A DNA stretch of 53,721 bases, taken from positions 1-53,721 of the forward strand of contig CAZXAV010000001.1 in NCBI GenBank assembly GCA_964638195.1, given 5' to 3'. This DNA is from an uncultured Prevotella sp. GTDB lineage: Bacteria > Bacillota > Clostridia > Christensenellales > UBA1242. The number at the start of each line of letters is the position of its first letter. Within the stretch, counting starts at the first letter, position 1. This document shows positions 22,801 to 27,209 of the stretch, in pieces. The position numbers and the translations under genes were made by a program. Under the pieces are notes generated by a model. It did not search any database. It saw nothing but the letters and a program-made list of their open reading frames with translations, and had not been told where the DNA came from.

Positions 22801-24085
22801 TATCCAACGCGAACACGTCATAGTAACCACTGACATAAGCACCTTGGTTGCTTTCGTAATAGAACGCATCCAAAGTTTTTTTACTGGGGACTAAGTTGTA
22901 TGATTCCGGACCATAGACTTCGGTTTCGCTGTCCGCATAAAATTCGTTACGGATACGCAGATAAATGGTATCTTTCACTTGAACATTGGCATCCGTAACA
23001 TCATTGTAATAAATTTCTTTGCCGTTAATTTTGACAATCGGATATGCGGTAATGTTAATTGCCACTTCCCCAAGATTTTGTGCCGCTTCTAACGAACGTT
23101 GGTATTGGTCAACGTAGTTAACGCGCACCATTTTAGTATCCGCGCTTTCAGCTTCAAAGCCATAATCGGAATATGCTGTTTTTTCACAATCCAAAGCAAA
23201 TGAGAAATTCGCACTGGACCATTCCGTGCGATTGGCAACCAAATCCCAAACATTATCATATGCCGCAGTTGTTTCGGCTTTGTGGGCATCCGTCTTTACT
23301 GTAATTTTATTAACCTTCGGGAAAACGTAGAACGGAACATCAATCCAGTCTTCCATTGCGGGCAATTTGGCTTGCAATTCAATGTATTGGTCAACGCAAG
23401 TGGCTTTGTCCGTCACCGTCAAGAGACCTTGCTCCAACGTGACACCCGTGTAATTTTGTTTCAAACGGTATTCAACGGGGAATTTATTCGGGGTGTAACT
23501 GCGTTCATCGTCATCGGGGTGCGCATAGAAAACAAACTTACTCAAAATATCCGCCGAAGTTAAATCCAAAGACGGTCCACCTTGACGAATACCAAAGTGC
23601 GATAAAGCACCCAGTTTCATATCCTTAGCGACCAAATTGACCGTAACATTAACCGTCACAGTTTGTCCGCCCATAACTGAAAACGTCATGGCTACGGGTG
23701 CACCGCCGTCTTTACCCGTCACCCTAAAAGTGGTCGCACCGGCGGCTTGGTCGAACGCAACTTCTTCTACGGTAACAATCCCGCTGCTGATTGAGCTTTC
23801 GTTTAACTTAACTAAACGACCCGCCGTTCCCGGCAAGCCGCCCACAGTGATGGTAAATTCAGCCGACGAATACGGGGTTTCAACTATGCGGAAATTTTTA
23901 TCCGATGTTTCATCTTTAATCAGTTCGATTTCCAAATTGATATCGGACTTATCAACCGAAACTGTGATACTGCCATAAACATCGGTTTGACGTTCGGAAT
24001 TTTTGAAAGCGAAAATAACACCAAAAACCGCGGCAACGGCAATGACGCTAACGATAAACAAACTGATCAGACCGCGTTTTTTCAA
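3569..24085 (-). CDS. Giant (6,838 aa) N-terminally membrane-anchored, repeat-rich cell-surface protein of unknown function
   Basis: This is a single uninterrupted 20,517-nt ORF. TTG start at 24083-24085 is preceded by GGGGGA with a 7-nt spacing. The N-terminus 'MKKRGLISLFIVSVIAVAAVFGVIFAF' is one TM or signal-anchor segment. It is followed by beta-rich Ig-like segments, a tandem module array, two GLUG-motif modules and an aromatic-rich C-terminal region. There is no C-terminal TM or LPXTG. Confidence 0.85.
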   Translation of the reverse strand: MKKRGLISLFIVSVIAVAAVFGVIFAFKNSERQTDVYGSITVSVDKSDINLEIELIKDETSDKNFRIVETPYSSAEFTITVGGLPGTAGRLVKLNESSISSGIVTVEEVAFDQAAGATTFRVTGKDGGAPVAMTFSVMGGQTVTVNVTVNLVAKDMKLGALSHFGIRQGGPSLDLTSADILSKFVFYAHPDDDERSYTPNKFPVEYRLKQNYTGVTLEQGLLTVTDKATCVDQYIELQAKLPAMEDWIDVPFYVFPKVNKITVKTDAHKAETTAAYDNVWDLVANRTEWSSANFSFALDCEKTAYSDYGFEAESADTKMVRVNYVDQYQRSLEAAQNLGEVAINITAYPIVKINGKEIYYNDVTDANVQVKDTIYLRIRNEFYADSETEVYGPESYNLVPSKKTLDAFYYESNQGAYVSGYYDVFALDTGNGKTVNADADVEFELIVEDKYGTYTGTYGWDKTKNPVIKTSNGNTQFSLYSILQIGYWSDAIDDWVMLEGTEGKYYANYLNRFSVAFAQTGIAHPFLGANITSMILRVKGLYTLTNGDKASCDIKLDVTSAIDKFEVTNLVQFDDGAWGVALVYDTLHQTFNSKSVDVYGMYALTNADGVGYEYSQKWNTAKVSDNSEKLPFNIQCVPDVEFENNGVAGYYHMRYTISANNIDIIEYYKDYPMTVEYTNGKSYTFYIRVYPTVESLSMSVVSSSRGKIYQTLTDNYHTHYDYVRTVYVRKGFTYEFAINTPGASVGAYAVFDQISDAKGNLISNTQTNMIDARNLAEGLYECKVSLHAYSDAVYEGNETTVTVYVIVVDPVGNVTPQPMSVDLDGINDSREIILNMTSLDDKPITDDTYLYIDVAQPLNENVTVERGDAKNQFTVTAQYLTDETFTVGFKIYKRYEFPGFDLNGEGQLTPDEPFEFYYIAGAVVTVNVTINNTKPNAVNLVDGFVNSDSLGNYLELISSSGKVTNAAINLQATNNANYKDFGITFAKWKNGKFDLSAFVPTAANATLSIDEVATARLDSASGKIYVTPTEDAKSMGVYALVIYTRDSLRYVGTNAAGENLVFPDVYEIMTLYIGSESDIKSTIDELNNYNNTHDANSGKRNNLGGYNWVVAGQNDNAHAILFYTKDGHKYNSQIEANRYYLDDLYTVLGWSRLIEDTVWISKYVVENGVKRQIGEEYRQNSSNGRNYIDLDYVFDKDDNGAACSDNQTTVYFEVLAKNTYLYFYVVQCLDTFEVKINSKSGSGLVSRKNLAPNEYTNALDTVTMQRGNPFTFNTNLDINSGWKFDNHGFDSAEESSTSFVTYDGGTYSFFPYIEFDGYTFVMDVLTATVKVNVKGGVNYLNIAQDAVTLDGVTTATYDLTMRVDQSSWSPSLLTYNFLYDGVYYTLFEDDKTVSYVNMEGGKAKLEFKLTCLNPSSGVKSNFYYTYYLKIEVAVVIVAPDVDPFYDISGARLFVQENLTGSPLLNVKTPASDSAAFNLYKQGIYNVTMAHFADTSAVETNKSALTLATGQTDTGIIYLDEDSVGGILVIYPTPYYINVSSINLWTSKAHEEKVLIGTDLTGKPIYDTVKYTIGFTQMIYNETEKYYQPYLSNSNTPKMVSSWSAAEGYKWNGKYYFRTYILCDTQVTHRLADGTRFGISISIQGENNAKAIVENMTLDAKYRDSFVINPDDQTEDYAVCTMVQTQYQALGTTAVYDVTLPSGCVPNYADFSFNGVTTTSTTIESTYATVTINTVAQTLSVYLKADIAAIGASLEVRIPYRRAGDYINPYLSVVIVPVYFEFDSLEVIGHYETRLQLASRDELTKLKYRGLFDYDTSLSSSSLNEKMTTFNNSLQTSNLVSCNYETAGQVTVQIVYSYIGGVPVLTKNGTCRYARTFYYDVTETKPLVKRTEYLAVGTAATYTFYNWDSMYASKLYIADKNVDNDAKIADFWDYDIKTRDRNNVTITIDLQNKSSTVSDNAAYKALINAGKIVVKVYSTSDTITPQLELTIIPVYFTFTDFKLQNNPVKPIVALTTPTTLTVEAGGISCADDSDVTTAINTFNMELLNAQNDLSNSAALAFNRISNDDGILNFNFDPSTRAITRADSANPVTATSYLLITAGITYVNGIPTLNRTGNQISTYLPVRTFGSDAGDVGDTSIDLGTAPNGRTRKIAQAIGTTVRYNISLPGVAFDSVLDKYEIRTDGNYVWEQNSGWNAIFNVKSGVVSVTLNPTTDLFDKVLVIMAYSQEGALMYALNIIPAYFTVDQLLLADHVDEVPVMIQTGVPNWLSKLQLDFVYSRSNQYTDFDFDEAINDFAESLNGSGLVSRIDDAGFITLLAGINYDGGVPSLTNLANSAATVQNTYRYILIDGTPENTKAQALGQEVIYNVNRKFESIKVSTGYDAEGKENWKTFIRGENAEWWVEEDRTNARRIKVALTETSNLIGKVIRLGIFVNNNDDEPSYILNVVPAYFTVEGLTLAGQNNDDHDIYLYYGEDPDSPAGVVFDAVFGEYSVNAALSIPSRLAAFRNELQNSKAHLIGRYFDTDLMSGDLRVTVYLDYQNGNPTLVESSAADSTFVIRLDVDFTYTIYGKPAAESEYPPMPTGPRTRTEVQAIGTTSSYTIDLDKTVSMDVEDLSFDEAKLAARGWKVTFEDNVVTVELLPEAAEVLLANDIVLNFYNGYNLLFVLTIQPVLFEVVGVETVYPEQPVNLIGIKESDVEYRAIVKYNDTVNYNGTNVISFVEAFNTSLNAAKGSLVEIENDGQYLKVDFAVDYGTAGSTNRTVPTLLNVANYPLNVIESYIKYTTSEISTSATHYQAVGTTEYYHLGAGFADAIDTIPEINVYNVDGVKQTFSDINEYVTAAVVKYGNSYALQVCLKPQGVLVEDRIDFVIAQGAKTFTMTVKPVWFLVEGFDVVNHPERHMWIIAAGKSPEKISDLSFRVRARYTTSNLLATDIQTRLNTFNQQLADSTAWAKYLETYTIGGEYLVVRAAIEYDENGVANIIDIDQAKPTQIVRDVFKYACYSDKVVGTGIAYPSIPRSRTVDLTIGYDAVYTLDMPNLLTGFTNDMYALYENDDAANADDDSKLKPYTNGSDGWRVEARGNKLYVALDPNADLVNRELKVFVYYNRNNVTNKPDSYDADNVAFILTIHPVWFKVTDFALTGYPNDEIYVDTIDGFMTELTKIDSGKKFVPVFEYSDEILNSNEILAQTENTVGATLQTLMDDFTKEFLYSPYVSKTRTRENPHTYHFQVTTSVAYQAFTGTAILTDETANRIWKTYKIVVKEDANDGVAENELRVEHQAIGTAKTYYLDSSVLDGVTSINNGTNYTITWDQANKNYVTVELSSDVVVNSPIEIAINANYTLKIYPVYYEILGFETVQHPERPVWVISPYSTEDLQYRAITSDLTKLSANDLTNAQADLEAFNAYLNNGAPVSITLDSNQYIVFDAAVNYKADGYPEVVEITNDKRNVVESIIPYRVWSSTQMPKPEHPTVMGSTKANQIIGGTKVYTLKNIKGQAFYQYLWVENAGSLLTPFDKSAEGTTQVYEGISILVDSAKNTMQIQLAADAKYLSNTIRIYIPYLTSVNNKDVWYSHCIEITPLLFELTGWTIEGVGDTGLISDSVYNDYLLLTTYSSPVTIIKYVARINACQTQDDNLKHSIEVAKANLEGMAVDYIQTTVMSNYITLSGFNLQRNVEANDETDTIVGFSSYIVYEGGVPKLVESSKTLISNQILISTGYDEEAWHNKVGKVELGTGVAYAVQAVGTEAVYVAEIPNAAKIFYDRIEVVDQVTQKPIAIRGEQSNLVTVACDVDGEDGSLSAILTVNLAPVIALRDYTVEIRIPYATEDAHATNPNYIYTYYISPVMYIVNGFYLAGTEDNDLGLSDREVALELRVDATYSDDISLRNMVNLLLQSFESSVNNAIRNETLKFEVVNSTGGVNVRLESYADMVWIQKIGDKSAMNYINGAIQIGYSGGMPKLGSVNPLTDEVINVQIQVTTQEGETSYFPGWANVELGNDSQHLQSIGTSRNYPLNVNNMNVVFYYENIEIFNGGLKSDAHGYESFAYEVVNPGRQNLTLAFTLRASARNLNDWIDVRIPYTTFVEGKIVWAYYSLRIKPVLFEIRNWKLKVGDELVDSITLDDSAIELYFSPEIISGPLNQSYYGVDELYYINSAIKRLETEINTYDPKISDGYTYMVINDTPQEGYQVNYTLYRDNSNNTSYLLRDTAEASTTIMQVSANIAYGVTDFSKEYVEGAQAVTGYENEKDARRVTSQISINTTQKSVADSAGDRSTVFITQENAARLMALSSGVDYVLMSDIYLYKITELNNGYWKPVDFPTNATLDGNNYKIFFNSNGFDLSAMPTNIGLFTEIPTGSVVKNLQIVLEHGTPTAPITTLEVNLDNYEQGTVNIGMLAGVNNGIVTNCAVLSQWQFDMQNLTELVNPVTNSNFEDSLPFNKDGYLFDDDYFYEIGLNNDGEPVITNVYNNLGYGVTKNDVTGKWDKVVYDIYMNVANWITPDRTNVARYDDYSAMKFNKKSTIDSQAQARLYVYANSDVITVVLGGLVGSNTRMITNSRVLIDVELYGPEQLTEEGNIDQVNVASSTVGGVVGVNSGTITTTYFRDGSVINNANANSLSNGASLLGGFVGQNTGKIQQSYAMGRSTERENNLNYISVAGAVKTIRNSLGGFVHINSGTITDCLVNMVILKTGTEGAAGGFAYQNTSNGYIANCIENNDIILQSSGTLDYYAPFVVTNNNSKGLSNLIYAGNAESISISDDWGTTLRRLSNNSSAKYADINNYSGFSIGQAQEDEGAWGISPNNTIWVMTDVGPMLRAANDIAISFRKYSWNSSPYLYNPGTAKNPYLIWNKDQFNDYVYAATAQATEADKGAESAPLTNIENSRQNNHLRLVDDVALDGIKDTYKIVYTGTFEGNGLTMSGISLDTVTNDLATMGLFGKTEYATIRNINFEIGNINSTARYVGGIAGIAINTSFVDVSVTGSRVIKGANIVGGFVGLNVVTDSKVENYNLYSAVSVTANFHSQQTDIGAEPFGSGIEYYHQTLYAKVEALDISYEQGFGTAGGVFGFITSNPNNYRVVDEKGNVTIFSRNFEKTIIKQSADGTELGRQFCSSQNSEANWFLKDKAGNVINDRVVNAKGLYYTNQIILRNVSGAIKDVSANVAGGLIGIMDETIELRKPKLNSLSSLTGKYYLGGLVGINLGKISGEVTKNADGTTSTYTAMDLGAKWSVFSSAGSSYVFRNIPSTDTTDPTKRFWGMTVGAVAGFNDGYNNNLNSGVIENINVSVNVLAASSSNLQYIIGGIVGASGDYSYINNAINTHSNLNSYVQVTSSQASNIGFYFGRIVGRSTITTNSFTGTSTTRMNILQINFPSTYGIASYVSATNFATSDYIEGITNAFGIVGDTTLKVQTMTIDEYRDYLLTYIKTRDLVTRMEMLEPWLRSIPTTLSTNTIDGQDVRVEKFAPNGKNELLKWINDNNVFETWDTAHSALKGRAAGNYERYIEYSAISTRPAGNGEDGESENEFVKNIETYRANRRAIAQVLFTYQYNVTTNSQTIAGTQNANFTWTQYENYLVLKQFASAIDMEATEYTNLYRALASKYSTRLADMVYPYALAVEYTAQDGNIRISNNKDFIELVKNMSDSKQYTNQDPLQIYINYVNELDSEDNAFRVNSGWQMSLAQYYYYMTHMYGKTDYKYTDKTSATSVSYTYSVPRDFPATGDKGYVSYLYLNSMMETSSGMLLTVPEFIFMMANEEAVVMKNEEAWVKTGHLASEGGGGARISDIGGITLKWISDPLGWYLVADEVVSENGVISYGDNHWTALENYLSAKISHGLSIAKYKEMIGMGGSLNALLKRTPSWDAVDNYIFELKCEQYHWTSQQVDFIRQYFKRDDGMYDFQYALSATTYGNILSSAGNGNVRAVYQTSAQILDQGQWISDVNSDSKWTTGEPVGVWSFNTTPNAKFLNGDGAIYYTVGSLIELSEDISKDRGAAMYVDIDGNKMFGKAVYSSTGGELSSRSADKDILLLYKVEANEEPDFYSKDESGNVNGYYKIVRQIMPTLNRVVTIADNSQDASANYSDYLEEVLWWRHQGFSAENFDQIKAHAMTQTIPVDSRVLATGGEKPYTYRKTGYTLADDWTADMPEDKGGGKSGFANASVNDPFTTDEYTKIVLGSRFVNGVWNSTYADYLVFLKLYNKDAENTTVIDNATISAGLPVENTPFRKPFPYAARSMEFLEKVTTENELAEAMEFGSDREAFLTLLKSEHTTADYILWAQKYYYKVIKQGTTNVELDKYFRLNHYVYYVSKQLDQDEFFGAADSATDFRWVLDQTVRTDIFYEGVTQGDRTTDLIIYRRDWFNKGGIPFMTYRDYCEWINIYANSDEYLAARGEYEYTNEETGETKTMTSTDGWLTIDAFAVWKRMEKYENNVEYLAKLGNSTAGQDPIVAPIYKRQISTTVFPKIYSSGEQTSDEETGTLIDKNYTLNYYKGTKDYKDHKDNYGDNYYWNMLKYYDWPIPDMTVGEGENQTTKKVDNKNEYDDNCKYPMPEDYQRPYQERFEYNERYNFREVETRYVRLDNVDSIFGQAQTLIQDERFAKACTLYCGGLAEGEMIPKMKEDGKTPEVDANGNPVYENKPTPQKCTDTSHAAYAMIRWAQYVGYQPASDVYDLPSWFANITRKAGFKSAEDTGDKNNTCYYLPLDETKISNVNYSVPYTVGWWFIKWTRHHEYTIKDVPEKKYAQLYIPYDYFEKACKMIKSVYSETNGYAGYFNYMKYWAKNGQADWICNFQEFYDGEGERDGVTEVKKTYLVTNFWNNYDGTKSPVDGASLGDGVYANGWGKEKEKTAA
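7900..9580 (-). other. GLUG-motif beta-helix module 2 of the giant protein
   Basis: The entry signature is 'YTGTFEGNGLTMSGISL...MGLFGKTEYATIRNINF'. It is followed by GG-hydrophobic-G repeats: 'VGGIAGIA', 'VGGFVGLN', 'AGGVFGF', 'AGGLIGIM', 'LGGLVGINLGKISG', 'GAVAGFNDG', 'IGGIVGASG'. Confidence 0.6.
9640..11275 (-). other. GLUG-motif beta-helix module 1 of the giant protein
   Basis: The entry is 'FITQENAARLMALSSGVDYVLMSDIYL...WKPVDFPTNATLDGNNYKIFFNS...IGLFTEIPTGSVVKNLQI'. The repeats are 'LGGLVGSNTRMITNS', 'VGGVVGVNSGTITTTYF', 'LGGFVGQNTGKIQQSYA', 'LGGFVHINSGTITDC' and 'AGGFAYQNTSNGYIANC'. The exit is 'NTIWVMTDVGPMLR'. This is the classic GLUG-type pattern (GGLVG.N.G.I.NSYA). Confidence 0.6.
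11300..19510 (-). repeat. Protein-level tandem array of at least 11 divergent 209-263-aa bipartite modules inside the giant ORF
   Basis: A boundary motif h-x-I-x-P-[VAL]-[YWLM]-[FY]-x-[VFIL] recurs. Its Pro codon lies near nt 18762, 18112, 17371, 16744, 16077, 15436, 14695, 14047, 13351, 12563 and 11799 (spacings 627-788 nt). A degenerate copy 'VIYPTPYYINV' lies near 19490. Each module also carries an 'xFNxxL' helix, a 'GG[VI]P.L' turn and a 'QA[IV]GT..xY' strand. The DNA copies are too diverged for nucleotide repeats. Confidence 0.7.
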
Positions 24086-24127
24086 ATGTTTTCCCCCAAT
24101 GTTTTTCTTCTATTCTAGTATGTATAA

Positions 24128-24156
24128 ATTATATTTTTTATATGACGGACAGTCAA
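24128..24156 (-). promoter_or_regulatory. Near-consensus sigma-A promoter of the 6,838-aa gene (TTGACT-17-TATAAT)
   Basis: On the minus strand, TTGACT is at 24156-24151, followed by the 17-nt spacer GTCCGTCATATAAAAAA and TATAAT at 24133-24128. It lies in the 86-nt gap between stop 24172 and start 24085. GGGGGA SD follows downstream. Confidence 0.7.
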
Positions 24157-24171
24157 GTAAAATCAACCACC

Positions 24172-25731
24172 CTAGTAAAGATAAACTGTGGTCGGCGTAT
24201 AAATTTTTAATTCACCACTGCCCCCATGATTACCGTTGACAATGAAATTAGATTGATTTGATGTTGACTCTTCGCCATGCGGAATGATTGTCATATTGTC
24301 TTCTGTGTAACCGAAGCGTTGACTAGATTTAGCGGAACGTGCCCAGTAAACGTACAAATTAAAGTTATTACAATCAGTACCGATTTGCACTTCCACATTA
24401 CCCCAATCTTCGTGTCCGCTCACATACGCACCAGCCTCAATGCGGTTCGTACCCACAATCTTGTTGAACTGTGCTTTAATGTTGGCAGCACCCGCCGCGT
24501 ACTCCGTACCACGCACAATAATTTCCGTTGCGCCGTTAATTCCAGACACGTCAATATCACCATCATAACCGTTAATTTTGACGCTGTGCTGTGTTTCTGA
24601 ATTTTGGAAATTAACATTGATGTCACCGCCACCAACTTCTGAGCTGTTGACAATGACGTTCCCAAGCACACGATGTAAATTAACACTACCAATCCCGTAG
24701 TTGTTTACGGTCGCATTGCCAATCAATTCGTCACTCACCGACACCGATGCGGTTGCAATACGCGTATTGACTGTACCTGCGGTAAAATTTAATCCCCCAT
24801 TCGCAATGGTACCAATACTCAAATTGCCGCGTTCAGTCGTCATCGTTGCTCCATTGGCAACCCGTTTTACCGTAATACCAGCATTAACAGTCTTCACAGT
24901 CAACTGTTGCACGTCGTTCATGGTTAAACTACCATTGTTACTTTCAAAGTTCACGTTACCCGCAACATCACCACGGAATTGGTTATTGCTACCTTTAATT
25001 GTCACCTTACCACCAATACTGGTGTTAAAGGTTTGTACCCCGTGCGAACCCGTCACTGTCACATTCCCCGCCACCGACGATTGGCAAGTAAATTTAGTGT
25101 TATCACTTTTAATTTCTACACTATCCAATGAAATTCGTTCACTAGCGGGGATATTCACACTGGCGGCACTTTGCACTTCCAATCTACCGATGCGCAAAAC
25201 ATCGGCTTGCGTGCTTTGTGGGTCAACAAACGAAAAGTCCACCGCACTGTAATGGTTTTGTAAGATAAAATCATAACTTCTGGTACTGTGTGGCAAGTTA
25301 ATCGTCACCGTGGTCGGGTTTTGGTTAAAGACCATGCCCGACGGTTCTAAAACTTTAATACGGTAATAGACTTCGTCACCAACAAGTGTTTGTGTCCATT
25401 CAATTAAAGTTCGACCCAAACTGTTAAAAGCAATCCCCGTAGCACTTTCGTTCACGGTGATTGTGCCGTCACCCGTGTACCCCTTATTTGACATTTTCAC
25501 GTCAATTTTGGTCCCCGTACTTTCCAAAATAAATTTGCCGTTCGCAAACGCTTTCGCCAAGCCATCGTCACGATACACGATTTGCGTATCACGTTCATTC
25601 ACCGCTTTCGCTCCGAGAATGGTCCAATCGGGGAAAAGGAATAGTAACCCCGTCAACAGTCCTAACACCACTGCCGACCCCAACAATACCAAGCCAATCG
25701 TGGCAATAAAATTGATTAACTCGCGTTTCAC
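24172..25731 (-). CDS. N-terminally anchored beta-helical repeat protein (DUF4097/LiaG-like putative adhesin fold)
   Basis: The ORF is 519 aa. GTG start at 25731 lies 9 nt after the tadA stop and has no SD. The TM segment is 'FIATIGLVLLGSAVVLGLLTGLLFLF'. The C-terminal two-thirds are short G/N/V/T-rich beta-strand repeats ('GNVTVTGSHG', 'GGKVTIKGSNN', 'GNVNFESNNGSLT', 'GNVIVNSSEVGGGDINV'). The family assignment is by resemblance only. Confidence 0.55.
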   Translation of the reverse strand: MKRELINFIATIGLVLLGSAVVLGLLTGLLFLFPDWTILGAKAVNERDTQIVYRDDGLAKAFANGKFILESTGTKIDVKMSNKGYTGDGTITVNESATGIAFNSLGRTLIEWTQTLVGDEVYYRIKVLEPSGMVFNQNPTTVTINLPHSTRSYDFILQNHYSAVDFSFVDPQSTQADVLRIGRLEVQSAASVNIPASERISLDSVEIKSDNTKFTCQSSVAGNVTVTGSHGVQTFNTSIGGKVTIKGSNNQFRGDVAGNVNFESNNGSLTMNDVQQLTVKTVNAGITVKRVANGATMTTERGNLSIGTIANGGLNFTAGTVNTRIATASVSVSDELIGNATVNNYGIGSVNLHRVLGNVIVNSSEVGGGDINVNFQNSETQHSVKINGYDGDIDVSGINGATEIIVRGTEYAAGAANIKAQFNKIVGTNRIEAGAYVSGHEDWGNVEVQIGTDCNNFNLYVYWARSAKSSQRFGYTEDNMTIIPHGEESTSNQSNFIVNGNHGGSGELKIYTPTTVYLY

Positions 25732-25740
25732 ATTTTCAGT

Positions 25741-26133
25741 TTACCGCTTATTATGGAAAAAAGCCACCAAAATGTTTTGGGCTTCCGCATTCGGTTGTAA
25801 CTCGACAGGAGTCTGCCAATTCAAGTTAGTGGTCGATTGCGTACCGATGTAAACTTTCTGCAAACGGGCATTCACAATCGCCCCCATACACATTTGGCAA
25901 GGTTCTAACGTGACGTACATTTCGCAACCATTCAAGCGCCAAGACTTCAATTTACGACACGCACGATTTAATGCCACGATTTCCGCGTGCCACAAACAGT
26001 TTCGTTTCCGTTCCCGTTGATTATAACCTTTGGCAATGATTTTCCCGTCTTTGACAATGACACAGCCAACTGGGACTTCTCCGCGGCGTGCGGCAAGTCG
26101 TGCCTGCTCCACCGCCACTTGCATAAAATCCAT
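25741..26133 (-). CDS. tadA: tRNA-specific adenosine(34) deaminase
   Basis: The CDA zinc motifs 'WHAEIVAL' (HAE) and 'LEPCQMCMGAI' (PCxxC) are present. The start is taken at ATG 26133 (MDFMQVAVEQA...), which shares one base with the upstream TAA (TAATG). The longer track ORF to 26187 would overlap the CPBP gene. Confidence 0.85.
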   Translation of the reverse strand: MDFMQVAVEQARLAARRGEVPVGCVIVKDGKIIAKGYNQRERKRNCLWHAEIVALNRACRKLKSWRLNGCEMYVTLEPCQMCMGAIVNARLQKVYIGTQSTTNLNWQTPVELQPNAEAQNILVAFFHNKR

Positions 26134-27209
26134 TACCACGTACCCCAAATCATGGTCAGCACCGTCAACGCTGCACCCATAATCCACACCATGGTCAACA
26201 ATGCCCGTTCCAATGGTCGTGAAGGTTTTGGCTCGTCAAAGGTTTCAATGTAAGCCGCCGTAGCTTTCCATGTCGGCAAAGTCTTCAACGCGGTAGGCAA
26301 AGCCGCTTTCAATTTATCGAAGTCTTGTGCGGTAAATTGTTTTTGAGAAGACAAATAACGCACGGTATAACTGTCAAGATTGCGGTTGAATTTAGTGCGT
26401 GCCATGTAGCGTAAAATTTCCCCGATAATAACAATTACCACCAAAATCGTCAACACAAGTGCAACACCATTGCCGAAGAAAAACATGATAACATCACTGC
26501 CCGGCAAACTCAGTTCTTCGGCAAAACTAAAATACGTGGCTAACGCGTTGTTGGTGAAATGGACAATCACACTGCCCCACAATGAACCGGCTGACAATGC
26601 GGTCATTGCCATGAACCAACCCAGAATCGAAGCATAAAAGAATTGACCCACGTTCATGTGCATTAAGCCGAACAATAAACTGCTCCACAAAATGGCTTTG
26701 CGTAAACCAACTTGTTTCGTTAAGCCGTTCAGCAAAACACCGCGGTGTAAAAATTCTTCGCAGATTGCCGGCAAGACCGCCGTCAAGATAATGGTGATAA
26801 AAAGTCCAGAATAGCCCGAAAAAGCGTTATCACTGCTGCTGTACTGATAACCGAACGATTGCAACAACGTGCCAAACACACTGGCAACAAAGATGTTCAA
26901 GATGTACAAGCACACCCCCAAGACCAAACACAAAACGATGTTTTTGAAAGAAATGCGGTGCCACCCTACGTCATTGAAAACTTGTTTTACGGATACGGGT
27001 TCGTGGTTGATTTTTTGTGCCGACAGTAACATTAAAAGCGGAATTCCAAACATGACCACAATCTGCGGCAAAAGGCTGCTGACCACTTCCAACATTTGGT
27101 CGGACAAGGCATTAAAGCACCCCAACGACGCCAAGACTTGTACCAACATCAACAAGACAATCGCAGTTCCGTAAACAATTAAAGTGATTAAATAACGATT
27201 ATTTTTCAT
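26133..27209 (-). CDS. CPBP-family (CAAX/Abi-like) intramembrane glutamic endopeptidase with a long C-terminal extension
   Basis: The ORF is 358 aa and multi-pass. The canonical motifs are 'ICEEFLHRG' (EExxxR), 'FGLMHMN' (FxxxH) and 'VIVHFTNNAL' (HxxxN). An extra roughly 130-aa C-terminal segment contains one more TM helix. Confidence 0.8.
   Translation of the reverse strand: MKNNRYLITLIVYGTAIVLLMLVQVLASLGCFNALSDQMLEVVSSLLPQIVVMFGIPLLMLLSAQKINHEPVSVKQVFNDVGWHRISFKNIVLCLVLGVCLYILNIFVASVFGTLLQSFGYQYSSSDNAFSGYSGLFITIILTAVLPAICEEFLHRGVLLNGLTKQVGLRKAILWSSLLFGLMHMNVGQFFYASILGWFMAMTALSAGSLWGSVIVHFTNNALATYFSFAEELSLPGSDVIMFFFGNGVALVLTILVVIVIIGEILRYMARTKFNRNLDSYTVRYLSSQKQFTAQDFDKLKAALPTALKTLPTWKATAAYIETFDEPKPSRPLERALLTMVWIMGAALTVLTMIWGTW

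Noticed and set aside
3569-24085. I considered whether the giant ORF is an RTX/T1SS adhesin, an Rhs/YD toxin, an NRPS/PKS, or an LPXTG-anchored protein.
   Set aside because: There are no GGxGxD nonapeptide runs near the C-terminus and no YDxxGR repeats. I find no adenylation, KS or ACP motifs. The only LPxTG-like string ('LPGTAG') is about 85 residues from the N-terminus and is not followed by a TM helix and basic tail. The N-terminal TM anchor argues for Sec-dependent insertion instead.
3569-24085. I considered whether the 20.5-kb ORF is an assembly artefact (collapsed or concatenated repeats) or a string of fused pseudogenes.
   Set aside because: Repeat units are highly diverged at the nucleotide level, so mis-assembly by repeat collapse is unlikely. 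The frame is unbroken, composition is uniform, and the gene is bracketed by a consensus promoter with an SD and by a terminator. This cannot be fully excluded without read data.
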